Of a stretch of DNA of 64,000 bases, positions 22,550 through 33,312 are shown piece by piece (position 1 is the stretch's first letter; every line of letters begins with the position of its first letter). The notes beneath the pieces were generated by a model, which ran no database searches, was not told the origin of the DNA, and saw nothing but the letters and a program-made list of their open reading frames with translations. The DNA comes from Spirochaetota bacterium (lineage in GTDB: Bacteria > Spirochaetota > UBA12135 > COTS27 > CBDBHE01). The position numbers and the translations under genes are program-made. The stretch covers positions 1-64,000 of the forward strand of contig CBDBHE010000001.1 in NCBI GenBank assembly GCA_965205605.1, read 5' to 3'.

Positions 22550-22575
22550 TTAGTCTAATTTGATATATAGTTACC
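22550..22575. repeat. terminal inverted repeat TTAGTCTAATTTGATATATAGTTACC
   Basis: pairs with 20245-20270. Confidence 0.93.
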
Positions 22576-22583
22576 AAACTTTA
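22576..22583. repeat. target site duplication AAACTTTA (right copy)
   Basis: identical to 20237-20244. Confidence 0.88.
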
Positions 22584-22601
22584 ATAGCAACTATTGTATC
22601 G

Positions 22602-23594
22602 TTAAATCGATTGAAATAAATGACTTTTAAAAGACATCAAACTTTGTAATAAAAGATTTTCAATAAATAAAGTCATTGATGATTTTTCAATTTTCAACAT
22701 AGCTGGAATATCACTTAACTCTGTCATTCCTGGTTGGGTATTAATTTCAAGAAAATAAGGCTTATTACTTTTTTGTTCAAAAATAAAATCTATGCGAACA
22801 CAAGAAGAAAAATTAAAAATTTGATAGATTTTACAAACAATTTGCTTAATATCACTTAAATTCTTTGCAGAAAGAAAATCCGCTGTTTTTAATTTTGTCT
22901 TTCCTTGTGTGTATTTTGCTTCATAATCATAAAATTGATTATTGCTTACTATTTCTAAAATAGGAAGCATTTTAAGTGTTTCTTTATTTTTATAAATACC
23001 AACGGTTATTTCCATTCCTTCTATCTTATTTTCTATATAAAAGGCATTCAATTGACTTTTTGATTTTAAATAAATATAATGCTTCTCCCACTCACTTTCA
23101 TTTTCAACTAAAAAAACTTCAATAGAAGACCCACTACTAATTTTTTTTAAAAAAAAAGGGAAAATAAGCCCTTTTGCCTTTATTTCTTTTAAAACATTAA
23201 GATGATCTGTGATTTTCAAGTCTTTTAAAACGACATGTTTGCTCATTAAAATTTCATGGCTTAAAAGAATTTCTTTAGTTTTAATTTTATTAAAAGCAAG
23301 TGCACTTGAAAGCAAATTTTCTCCTGTATATGGGATCTCAAGTAATTCCAAGCATCCTTGAATATGACCATCTTCCCCAAAAACACCGTGAAGAGCATTA
23401 AAAAAGATATCAAAAAATTGACATTTTTTTTGTTTTAAAAAAAAATCTTTACCCACATCAATTTTTTCAACTTGATACCCTTCGTTTTTTAAAAGATTGT
23501 AAACATGCTTTCCCGACCTTAGCGAAATATTTTTTTCAGAGCCAAACCCTCCCATTAAAATACCTATTTTTTTATCTTTTAACAACTTATTCAT
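22602..23594 (-). CDS. ddl: D-alanine--D-alanine ligase
   Basis: MGGFGSEKNISL, NALHGVFGEDG, GSS, YDYEAKY, EINTQPGMT; ATG 23594 overlaps the murC stop. Confidence 0.95.
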   Translation of the reverse strand: MNKLLKDKKIGILMGGFGSEKNISLRSGKHVYNLLKNEGYQVEKIDVGKDFFLKQKKCQFFDIFFNALHGVFGEDGHIQGCLELLEIPYTGENLLSSALAFNKIKTKEILLSHEILMSKHVVLKDLKITDHLNVLKEIKAKGLIFPFFLKKISSGSSIEVFLVENESEWEKHYIYLKSKSQLNAFYIENKIEGMEITVGIYKNKETLKMLPILEIVSNNQFYDYEAKYTQGKTKLKTADFLSAKNLSDIKQIVCKIYQIFNFSSCVRIDFIFEQKSNKPYFLEINTQPGMTELSDIPAMLKIEKSSMTLFIENLLLQSLMSFKSHLFQSI

Positions 23595-24981
23595 TCGTAT
23601 TAACCAGCCGCTGAGCGAATTTATAAATATTACCCGCTCCAATAGTCAAAATAATTCCTTTTTCATCCTTATGATTTTCTTTTATTTTTGTTATAAGTTG
23701 ATCTTGATCTTTAATATAATATTTTTTTTTGGGTTTTTTAATTCTTTTGTAAATTAGTTCACTACTAACATCTTTTATCGGTTCTTCTCCAGCAGAATAA
23801 ATATCAACTAAATACAGAGTTTGTATTTTTTCAAAACTTTTTGCAAAATCATCAAAATGAGCCAAAGTCCTTGTATAACGATGAGGTTGAAAAATACAAA
23901 TTAAATGATTTGTTTTTTTAACTAACGCGTTAATCGTTACTTTTATTTCTGTAGGGTGATGCCCATAATCATCAATGACTTTAAATTGATTCCAAGTCCC
24001 TAAAAATGACATTCTTCTTGAAATTCCCATGAAATGACTTAAAGAAGCTTTCACTTTTTTCATCGGAATCCCAAGTTCGTAAGCTACTCCAATAGCAGCG
24101 AGTGAATTTAAAACATTATGTTCTCCTATCATCCGAAGCTCAAAATCTCCAAGTGACTTTTTATTTAAAAAAACTTCATAACTCATTTTATCGTCAACAT
24201 AACGAATCTCCTTGGCTTTAATATTTGCTTTTTGATTCTCAATTCCATAACTTAAATAAGGTTTTTTAATTTGATTTTCCAAAGCAACCAAATAAGGGTT
24301 GTCAAAACATAAAATGTTTTTTCCATAAAAAGGAGTTTTATTAATAAAATCTAAAAAATAAGAAATTTGGTTTTCTTCCGTTTTAAAATAGTCCATATGA
24401 TCAAAATCAATATTGGTTACAACAGAAATAACAGGAGAAAGTTTTAAAAAAGACCCATCACTTTCATCTGCTTCACAAACTAAATAAGCACTTTTACCAA
24501 AACTAGCATTAGAGTTAATCCCAAACCATTCTCCCCCTATAACAGCTGTTGGCGAAAGTTTTGCATCAAAAAGCACAGATGAAATTAAAGAAGTTGTCGT
24601 TGTTTTACCATGAGTCCCTGCTACAGCAATTCCAAAACGAAGCCTCATAAGCTCTGCTAACATTTCAGCTCTTTTAATAATAGGTATTTTTTGTTCTCTA
24701 GCAGCTAAAATCTCAGAATTTGCTGGTGAAATCACACTCGTTGTTACAACCACATCTGCTTGATTAATATTAGAAGCTTGATGTCCTATAAAAATTTTTG
24801 CTCCTTTCTTTTTGATTTCATTTGTATTACTAGAGTCCAATAAATCACTTCCTTGAATTTTAAACCCCATGCTTTGAAGTACTTTTGCAACAGCAGACAT
24901 ACCAATCCCACCAATACCAATAAAATGAATTCGTTTTACCTTTTTAAATAGATCTAAATTAACTTTTTTATTGATTCTCAT
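23587..24981 (-). CDS. murC: UDP-N-acetylmuramate--L-alanine ligase
   Basis: GIGGIGMS, GTHGKTTT, EADESD, DDYGHHPTE, FQPHRYTR. Confidence 0.97.
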   Translation of the reverse strand: MRINKKVNLDLFKKVKRIHFIGIGGIGMSAVAKVLQSMGFKIQGSDLLDSSNTNEIKKKGAKIFIGHQASNINQADVVVTTSVISPANSEILAAREQKIPIIKRAEMLAELMRLRFGIAVAGTHGKTTTTSLISSVLFDAKLSPTAVIGGEWFGINSNASFGKSAYLVCEADESDGSFLKLSPVISVVTNIDFDHMDYFKTEENQISYFLDFINKTPFYGKNILCFDNPYLVALENQIKKPYLSYGIENQKANIKAKEIRYVDDKMSYEVFLNKKSLGDFELRMIGEHNVLNSLAAIGVAYELGIPMKKVKASLSHFMGISRRMSFLGTWNQFKVIDDYGHHPTEIKVTINALVKKTNHLICIFQPHRYTRTLAHFDDFAKSFEKIQTLYLVDIYSAGEEPIKDVSSELIYKRIKKPKKKYYIKDQDQLITKIKENHKDEKGIILTIGAGNIYKFAQRLVNTNE

Positions 24982-26062
24982 ACGAAACTCGATTTAAATT
25001 TAGCAATAATCCTACCATCGCAAAATGAACCACCAGTGACGTCCTCCCAAAACTCACAAATGGCAAAGGTAACCCTGTGGTAGGCATTAATCCTATCGTT
25101 ACAAACATATGAATAATCACCTCAAAAGAAACTAAAAGTCCTATTCCTAAACCTAACAAATGATATTCTAGTTTTTTTTGCCTTAAAGCAATTAAAAGAG
25201 CTTGTCTAATAAAAACAATGAAAAACAAAATAAGAGCAAAACAACCTAAAAGCCCAAGTTCTTGACCAATCACTGAAAAAATAAAGTCTGTATGTGCGTC
25301 CGGAAGTGGTCTTGAACCTTTAACAAAAGCCCCAGGCCCTTCTCCTAAAAAACCACCTTGACGAAATCCCATAAGTGATTGCATTAAATGATACCCTTTT
25401 CCATAAGGATCTGTATAAGGATTGAAAAACAAAAGTCGACTAACCCAATATTTTTTTGATTCAAAAAAAAGCAACACAATAGGAAGTGATAAACAAACAG
25501 AAAAAACTAAATAAATAAAAGGAACTCCTGTATAAAAAAAAATTGAAAAAGCAAGAAAGCCTATTAAAAATGTCGTTGAAATATCAGGCTCTAAAAAGAT
25601 AAGCAATAAGCCAATACCAATTAATCCAATAGAAGGAAAAGATCCTTTTAAAAAAAAATTAACTTTGTCTTTTTTAAAAGTCAAATGTTTTGAAATAAAA
25701 ATCAAAAAAGATAATTTGGCAATTTCAGAAGGTTGCATTCCAATGAAACCAATTGAAACCCATCTCTTAGCTCCTGAAACTTCTCTAGAAAAACCAGGGA
25801 TAAAAACTAAAACTAAAAGAAAAAGGCTAGTAAATAAAATTAAAAGATAATATTTGAAAATAATTGTTAATGATATTTTATAAAAAAAAATCAAAGCCAC
25901 TAAGCCTAAAATAAAAGCCCATAAATGATTATAAAAAAAAGTATAACCATTGCCCGTAAAACGTTTACTAACTGTAAATGAAGAAGAAAAAATAGAAGAC
26001 AATCCTATAAAACAAATCGCTAATATTGAAAGTAGCAAAATCCAATCAATTTTTTTTCTCAT
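24968..26062 (-). CDS. ftsW: SEDS family peptidoglycan glycosyltransferase FtsW
   Basis: GAKRW, QPSEIAK, PDAHTDFIF, TGLPLPFVSFG; dcw context. Confidence 0.92.
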   Translation of the reverse strand: MRKKIDWILLLSILAICFIGLSSIFSSSFTVSKRFTGNGYTFFYNHLWAFILGLVALIFFYKISLTIIFKYYLLILFTSLFLLVLVFIPGFSREVSGAKRWVSIGFIGMQPSEIAKLSFLIFISKHLTFKKDKVNFFLKGSFPSIGLIGIGLLLIFLEPDISTTFLIGFLAFSIFFYTGVPFIYLVFSVCLSLPIVLLFFESKKYWVSRLLFFNPYTDPYGKGYHLMQSLMGFRQGGFLGEGPGAFVKGSRPLPDAHTDFIFSVIGQELGLLGCFALILFFIVFIRQALLIALRQKKLEYHLLGLGIGLLVSFEVIIHMFVTIGLMPTTGLPLPFVSFGRTSLVVHFAMVGLLLNLNRVSYENQ

Positions 26063-27451
26063 AACTTTAAAAATTGTTGATCTAAAAAGTGAATTTGCTC
26101 TTTAAAAATATTGCCTCTTTCTTCATAATCTTTAAATTGATCCTGACTAACACACCCAGGAGATAATAATAAAATATCATTTTTTTTAAGACTTTCCCAT
26201 GCTAAATTAACACAATCATTAAATTTGTTGCTATAGTTTGTTTTTACACAACCTTTAAAAATTTTTTTCAATTTTCAAACCTTCTTCTCCATAAAAAAAA
26301 ATCCTTTTTATTTTACTCTTTTTTTCAAGTAAAGGAGTAAAAGAAATTCCTTTTCCTCTTCCTCCTAAAATCAAAGTGACTTTTTTTTCAAAACTTTCAA
26401 TCGCTTTTAAAACAGCTTGCAATGTCGTCGCTTTAGAATCATTAATAATAATGACCTCTCGAAATAGTTTTAATTTCTCCATACGATGAGAAAGTGGTTT
26501 GAATTTAGTAACTGTTTGTAGTGCTTTTTTAAGAGAAACTTTTAACAAAAAAGCAATCGATAGCACTAAAAGCAAATTCATTTCGTTATGTTTTCCAATA
26601 AAAGAAACAAACGGTTTTTTGACTCGTTGATTTTCTATTATGAAATTTTCTTGTTCTGTCATAAAATCAGCTTTTTGTAACATAGAAATTGTTTTTATTT
26701 TTTTTAAAGCTTCAGAAATTGGGTAATTTTTAATAAAATGATCATCAATGTTTTTTATAAAAATTGTTTTTTTTAGAATGGTAACGAATCAGATTAAATT
26801 TAGTATCAATATAATCTTGTTTAGTTTTATAACGATCAAGATGGTCGTCTGCAATGTTAGTAATATAAGCAATATCTGCTTGAAAGTTTACAATTTCTTC
26901 TAACATATAACTAGAGAGTTCAAAAATTAAAACATCTATTTTTGATAAAAAAGGAATAACAGAACAAAAAGCAACTCCATTATTTCCCAAACTTTTAACC
27001 TTGTATTTAGAAGCTAAAAGTTTTTCAAGTAATGTAACGGTAGTTGTTTTTCCATCGGTGCCTGTAATGGCAACAATTTTTTTTTTTTATATAGTGGGAA
27101 AAAAAAATCAAAGTCACTCCATATTTTAATTCTTTTTTTTAAAGCTTCTTGAATGATCTTATGATTTCTTGAAACCCCTGGTGATAAAATAATATGTTGA
27201 ATATTTTCTAGTTGTTTTTTTGTTTGTTTTCCTTCATAGATTAATTTTTTTGAAAGATTAAGATGTTTCAACTTTTCTTTAACAACTTTAGAATAATGTA
27301 AGTCAGAAATTTTAAAATTAATTTTTTGTTCTTTAAAAATTTTAGCAACATAATAACCGGTTCTTTCTGTCACACCTATAATTAAAAAAAAATCTTTTTT
27401 ATAAGGTTTAAAAAAAATTTTAAGAAGTTTGAGATTGCTATTAAAAAACAT
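26059..27451 (-). CDS. murD: UDP-MurNAc-L-Ala--D-glutamate ligase, split by about 3 frameshifts in this assembly
   Basis: fragments carry LSPGV, ITGTDGKTT (alternate frame), ELSSY, DHLDRY, HRME, NDSKAT, LLSPGCVSQDQF. Confidence 0.9.
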
Positions 27452-27504
27452 AATGATAATGATAATGATAATGATAATGATAATGATAATGATAATGATA
27501 ATGA
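27451..27504. repeat. hexanucleotide tandem repeat (TAATGA)9
   Basis: nine perfect units read directly from the sequence. Confidence 0.97.
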
Positions 27505-27564
27505 TTCAATAATAAAAAAAATTCGATCATTAAGTAATAAAAAATTTTAATCTTTTAAAAAATA

Positions 27565-27593
27565 TTGACAAATAAAAGTTGAAATAATATACT
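27565..27593 (+). promoter_or_regulatory. sigma70 promoter of infC-rpmI-rplT
   Basis: TTGACA-17 nt-TATACT. Confidence 0.75.
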
Positions 27594-27618
27594 ACTTTTA
27601 ATATTTAATACATTTTAT

Positions 27619-28155
27619 ATGCAAAATAAAAAAAATCAACGTACAAAAAAAGAAATAATTAGAATTAATCGAGATATTAAAGCTAACGAAATTAGACTAA
27701 TTGATGAAAAAGGAGAAATGATAGGAGTTATAAAAATTGAAGAAGGTCTTAAAAAAGCCGATGAATCAGGATTAGACCTCGTAGAAATATCACCAAATGC
27801 AAAACCTCCTGTTTGTAAAATCATTGATTATGGTAAGTATTTATATCAAATAGAAAAGAAAAAAAAAGAAGCTAAAAAAAATCAAAAAGTTGTTCATCTT
27901 AAAGAAATAAAATTAAGACCAAAAACAGATATTCATGACTATAATTTTAAAGTAAAGCATATAAAAGAGTTTTTAAAATCAGGAAATAAAGTAAAAGTAA
28001 CTGTTAAATTTAGGGGTAGGGAAATGGCTTTTATGGCTGTAGGAAAAGAACAACTTGATAAAGTAATTGCCGATACAGCAGAATTAGGCAAACCCGACTC
28101 TTCTCCTCGCTTAGAAGGTCGTAATTTAAATTTAACTATTATTCCAAAAAAATAA
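27619..28155 (+). CDS. infC: translation initiation factor IF-3
   Basis: LDLVEISPNAKPPVCKIIDYGK, KVKVTVKFRGRE. Confidence 0.97.
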   Translation: MQNKKNQRTKKEIIRINRDIKANEIRLIDEKGEMIGVIKIEEGLKKADESGLDLVEISPNAKPPVCKIIDYGKYLYQIEKKKKEAKKNQKVVHLKEIKLRPKTDIHDYNFKVKHIKEFLKSGNKVKVTVKFRGREMAFMAVGKEQLDKVIADTAELGKPDSSPRLEGRNLNLTIIPKK

Positions 28156-28163
28156 GATTCAAA

Positions 28164-28367
28164 ATGCCCAAATTAAAAACACATAGTGGTGCTAAAAAAC
28201 GATTTAGAACTTCTTCTAAAGGAAAAGTCAGGGCTAAAAGAGCTGGAATGAAGCACAATTTAGCAAAAAAATCAAGTAAAAGTAAACTTCAAAAAAGAGC
28301 TTTAACAACACTTAAAAAAAGTGATGAAAAAGTAATAAAGAAATTACTTTTATCATCTATGAATTAA
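28164..28367 (+). CDS. rpmI: 50S ribosomal protein L35
   Basis: MPKLKTHSGAKKRF; conserved synteny. Confidence 0.96.
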   Translation: MPKLKTHSGAKKRFRTSSKGKVRAKRAGMKHNLAKKSSKSKLQKRALTTLKKSDEKVIKKLLLSSMN

Positions 28368-28387
28368 ATTTTAAGTTACAATATAAA

Positions 28388-28747
28388 ATGTCTCGAACAA
28401 AATCAAGTGTTGTAAAAAAAGCTCGTGTAAAAAAAATTCTTTCACGAGCAAAGGGTTATTATGGTAAAAGAAAAAATTTATACACCATTGCTAAACAAAG
28501 TGTTGTTCGTTCAGAAATGTTTGCCTTTGCTCACAGAAGAAAGAAAAAAAATGACTTTAGACGTCTTTGGATTGTTCGACTTAATGCAACCTTATCTCAC
28601 TTTGAAATCAAATATTCACAGTTTATTCCTGCACTCAAAAAAGCAAACATTTTGCTTAATCGAAAAAGCTTGAGTATGTTAGCTATAAAAGATGAAGGGA
28701 ATTTTTCTAAAATTATTAATAAAGTTAAACCACACCTTTCTGCTTAA
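28388..28747 (+). CDS. rplT: 50S ribosomal protein L20
   Basis: AKGYYG, FRRLWIVRLNA, LNRKSL. Confidence 0.97.
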   Translation: MSRTKSSVVKKARVKKILSRAKGYYGKRKNLYTIAKQSVVRSEMFAFAHRRKKKNDFRRLWIVRLNATLSHFEIKYSQFIPALKKANILLNRKSLSMLAIKDEGNFSKIINKVKPHLSA

Positions 28748-28752
28748 AATCT

Positions 28753-29860
28753 TTGCTGCTTTTTAAAAAGTTTTTTTACATCTTTTTTCTTTTTTTATTC
28801 TTAAATTTTTTACACATATCTTATTTATTACACGCTGGCAAGTTGCCTTATTCCTCTTCTGCTTTTCTAGGCAAAGAAGGCACTTTTAAATTAAATCTTG
28901 GAATGGATCGCTATTATATTGAAAATCCTTATGGAGAACCTTTATATCATTTTTTTCGATTTCCTATTTATTTCGATTATAATATTATCAAAAATGTTTC
29001 TATTCAAGTAGGCCTACCTCCTACTGTTTCTGTTTTTAATATTAGAAATAATCAACAAATACAAAATGCACCTCTTTATTTCGGAGGAAATGGGTATTTG
29101 AAATTTTTACTAGCATTTGATGATTATGAATATAATTTCAAACACGCCATAAGTATCGATTATTATTTCTCAAGTAGTTCTCAAAATTTTAATGAAATAA
29201 GAAAAACGAATTCTACTTATAATACAAGAAATTTTATCGTAAATGACTTTTATCCTTTAATAAAAAATAGTGAAAACTTGTCTTTTAGGTTGGATTTTTT
29301 CTAAGAAAATTAATAAAAAAAACAATCTTTAATTTTAATATTAAGTACTTTTATGAATTACAGTCTCCTTGAATCTCTAACAAACTTATTTTCTTTAACC
29401 GGTTTTATTAATGAAAATGATGAAACACAACAAAATACCTCTGTAGGAAATACAAGTGATATTGCTTTAGAAGATTCTAGCTTTTCTTTTTTTGGAATTG
29501 AAAAAATTATTCAAAAACTCTTTTGGACTACTAATTTAAAAGATCCTTGGGTTGATAAAAAAAACGATCATTTAGAAATTTCTTTATCTATTGACACTCA
29601 GCTTTTTTAGACTACACTATTGCTTCTTTTTCAATAGAAGGGAGCTTAAATCCTTTTATTGATTAAATTGGCTTTACCGATTTACAGACGAAAGTTTATA
29701 CAAATCTCATTTACTTGTTAGTACTGGGGTTATCTATAATATGACACCTTTTCTTTATTATTTATTTACCTTAAATCACCTTCTTTGGCAAGAAAAAGCA
29801 TATGATTTTAAAAGCTCTATTCATGTGAATATTGTTTTAAACTATCTAAACTTAAATTAA
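28753..29860 (+). CDS. hypothetical exported/outer-membrane protein, probably one frameshifted gene; end approximate
   Basis: ORFs 28753-29304 and 29353-29610 plus coding-like sequence beyond; signal-peptide-like N-terminus. Confidence 0.5.
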
Positions 29861-29874
29861 TAAAAAATTGAAAA

Positions 29875-30867
29875 GTGAATCCATTTCCAATGCAAATCGA
29901 TCAAAATAAAATAATAGAAGAAGTAAAAAAAGAATGTCAAAGCATCACTTCTGAAAATGAAATTAATTCTCTTAAAAAAAAATATTTTGGTAAAAAAGGA
30001 ATGATTAATGATTATTCAAAACTTATGAAAACAGCAGATGAAGAAAAGAAAAAAAGTATTGGAAATTAATTAATGATTTAAAAAACAAACTTTTTTTTGT
30101 TATTAATGAAAAAACAAATGAATTGAGTCATAAAAAAAAAAAATTTGAAAATGAAATTCAAATTGATTTACCTGGAAGAATTCGTCAGATTGGGCTCTCT
30201 CACCCTCTTTATCAAGTCCAGCAAGAAATCTCTCAAATTTTAAATAAAATGGGGTTTTATCACTATTGAAGGTCCTGAAGTCGAAACAGAATATTATAAT
30301 TTTGAAGCTTTAAATATTCCTAAAGATCATCCCGCTAGAAATGAACAAGATTCCCTGTATTTAAAAGATCATTTCCTTCTTAGGACTCAAACTTCTCCTG
30401 TTCAAATTCGCATTATGGAACAAATGAAACCTCCTATTGCTATAATTTCTCCAGGAAAAGTCTACCGAAGAGATAGTATTGATTCAAAACACACCCCCAT
30501 TTTTCATCAAATAGAGGGTCTTTTTATTGATAAAAATGTTTCCTTTAATCATTTAAAAGCTACTTTGGGGGTTTTTTGCCGGGAAATTTTTGGCAATGAT
30601 ATTGAAATTCGTTTTAGGCCAGATTATTTTCCTTTTACAGAACCTTCTTGTGAAATATCGATTTTATTTAAGGGAGAGTGGTTAGAAATTTTAGGAGCTG
30701 GTCTTGTTAATCCTCTTTTATTTGATAAAGTAAATATTGATAAGAAACAATATTGTGGATTTGCTTTTGGACTTGGTGTTGAAAGAATTGCTATGATTAA
30801 ATATGACATCAAAGACATTCGGCTTTTTTATGAAAATGACTATAAGTTCCTCAAACAATTTGAATGA
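29875..30867 (+). CDS. pheS: phenylalanine--tRNA ligase alpha subunit, two frameshifts in this assembly
   Basis: YFGKKG, DLPGR...[48 protein letters not shown] across three frames. Confidence 0.93.
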
Positions 30868-30934
30868 AATTTCTAAAAGAGATTAATCATTAAAATAAAG
30901 ACCCCTTTATAAAAAACCTTAAGGAAAACACCAC

Positions 30935-33306
30935 TTGAAAATTAGTTTTAATAGTCTAAAACAATACATTGATTTTAATGAAAATCCAGAAGAACTTGGT
31001 AAAAAACTAACTTCTATTGGATTTGAAGTTAGCTTGATTAAAGAAGTAAACAAAGTCCCTAGTGGGCTAATGGTTGGAAAAATAATATCAATAGAAAAAC
31101 ACCTTAATGCAGATAAATTACAAATTGCCAAAGTAGAAACAAAAAATGACAATTATCAAATTATTTGTGGAGCAAGTAATATCAAGAAAAACCAATATGT
31201 GATGATAGCTCTAGAAGGAACAAAGCTTTCAGAAAATTTTAAAATTGAAAAAAAAAAAATAAGAGGCATCGAATCTCATGGGATGATTTGTTCTGAAGAA
31301 GAATTGGGCCTTGAAGACAAAAGTGATGGTATTTGGATTTTAGAAAAAAATACGAACCTTGAAGATCATCCTCAAAAGCATTTTGGAGACATCGATTTTA
31401 TCTTAGAAATTGAGATCCCTTCTAATCGAATAGATTGTTTCAGTACAATTGGTATTGCCAGAGAAATTGAAATTTTTACAGAAAAAAAATTTTTTTTTAA
31501 AGAACAAGATTATTCACCTAAACTTTCTAATATCAATATTCAAATTGAAAATCGAGATAAATGTTACCGCTATAGTACAAAAGTTATTGGAAAAATTACT
31601 ATTACTTCTTCCCCGACTTGGTTAAAAAGAAAACTTTATCATCTTGGTATTAGAAGTATTAATAATATTGTTGATATTACAAATTATATTATGCTTGATT
31701 ATGGTCAGCCTATGCATGCTTTTGATCTTGATAAAATTCAAGGAAAACAAATTAAAGTACGATTAGCAAAAAAAAATGAAAAATTAAAAATCCTAACAGG
31801 AGAAACCATTACATTAACAGAAGATGATTTAGTCATTGCTGATGAAAAAAAAACAATTGCTTTAGCTGGTATTATCGGAGGTTTAGAAAGTAGTGTCCAC
31901 TCAACAACTTATTCTATTTTATTAGAATCAGCTCACTTTGAAAAAAAAAACATCAAAAAAAGCTCTAAATATCATAAATTAAAAACAGAAGCTTCTCTTA
32001 GATTTGAAAAAGCTATTGATATTGAAATGACTTTTAAAGCTTTAGAAGCAGCTGTTAAATTAATACTAAAAACTGTTCCCGGATCGATGAGCGAAGGAAT
32101 TAACGATGTTTATTTTAAAAAAAATAAAGAAAAAACAATTCTATTTCCCATCAATGAAATTAAAAAAAAATTATCAATTGATTTAACAAAGCAACAAATC
32201 TTAGATTATTTTTATCAATTAGGTTTTAAACCTATCTATAGTGACAATGAAAAAATAAAATTAAAAATACCAAAACATCGTTTTGATATTCAGCATGAGT
32301 GGGATTTGATTGAAGAAATAGCAAGAATTTATGGGTATGATAATTTACCAGAAATTATGCCTGCTTTTTCAAATTCCTCTTTATCAATTAGCGACCAAAG
32401 ACAACCTTTATATCACCAATTAGCTCAATCTTTAGGGTATCATCAAATGATTAATTTTTCTTTTTTAGAAAAAAAATACATCCAATCCTTAAATTTTTCT
32501 AAAGAAAAACACATCTTGCTTTCAAATCCCATTTCTCCTGAATTTGCTTATCTTCGAAAAGATATGGTTTTTGGATTACTTAAAAATATTCAATTTAATT
32601 TAGAGAGAAAAAATAGTTTATTTAATAAAATATATGAGTATGGAAATGTTTTTTCTAAAGAAAAAAATCAGTTTCTTGAAAAAAAAACAATCGGTTTTTT
32701 AGGACATCAAAATATCGAAGAAACTAATTGGATTAATAAAGAAAGAAAATTTGATTTTTATGACTTAAAAGGAGACATTGAACAGCTAATTAAAAAATTA
32801 GTCTCTAAGTCACCTACTTTTAAAAAAATAAAAAATGCTCTATTCATTCAAGAAGCTTCTGCAGGAATATTTGTTAAAGACCAGCAAATCGGTCAAATTG
32901 GCATTATTTTAAATGATTTATTAAAATACTTTAACATCAAAGAAAGTAAGGCAATTTTTTATGCTGATATTAATATTAGTTTACTAGAAAAAATAGGCAC
33001 ACACACACATAATTATCAAAAAACCTCTATTTACCCTTCTATTTATCGAGATTTAGCTATCATTGTTGAAAAAAACATTGCAATTAACAACATTATAAAC
33101 TTAATAAAAAGCACACACTCTTTTATTAAAAGAATAAGCTTGACAGACATTTATTCAGGGGATAAAATAAAAGAAAATAAACAATCAATTGTTTTTAATA
33201 TAGAAATCTGTTCTGATAAAAAAACACTACAAAAAAATGAAGCTGATTCAATTATAAATCAAGTGGTAAAACAACTTGAAAAAAAATTAATTTTGAATTA
33301 AGATAA
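30935..33306 (+). CDS. pheT: phenylalanine--tRNA ligase beta subunit
   Basis: HLNADKL, ICGASN, SHGMICS, GQPMHAFD, DLIEEIARIYGY, YPSIYRDL; typical ...ELR* end is in a shifted frame (stop 33306 rather than 33301). Confidence 0.96.
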
Positions 33307-33312
33307 TAGTAA

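Larger units (their letters stand above)
20245..22575 (-). mobile_element. IS1595-family transporter element (2,331 bp) carrying methyltransferase and restriction endonuclease
   Basis: 26-bp terminal inverted repeats (25/26 identical), flanking 8-bp direct repeat AAACTTTA, IS1595 transposase inside. Confidence 0.93.

Noticed and set aside
23595-23642. Extended N-terminus of ddl in the ORF track
   Set aside because: Lies within murC; ATG 23594 gives a typical Ddl start.
27451-27504. Tandem repeat as CRISPR array
   Set aside because: 6-bp units with no spacers and no cas genes; no CRISPR array was seen anywhere in the window.
27441-27530. Minus-strand micro-ORF MIEFFLLLN(HY)n-VF overlapping the murD start
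   Set aside because: A by-product of the hexamer repeat; no RBS or other support.
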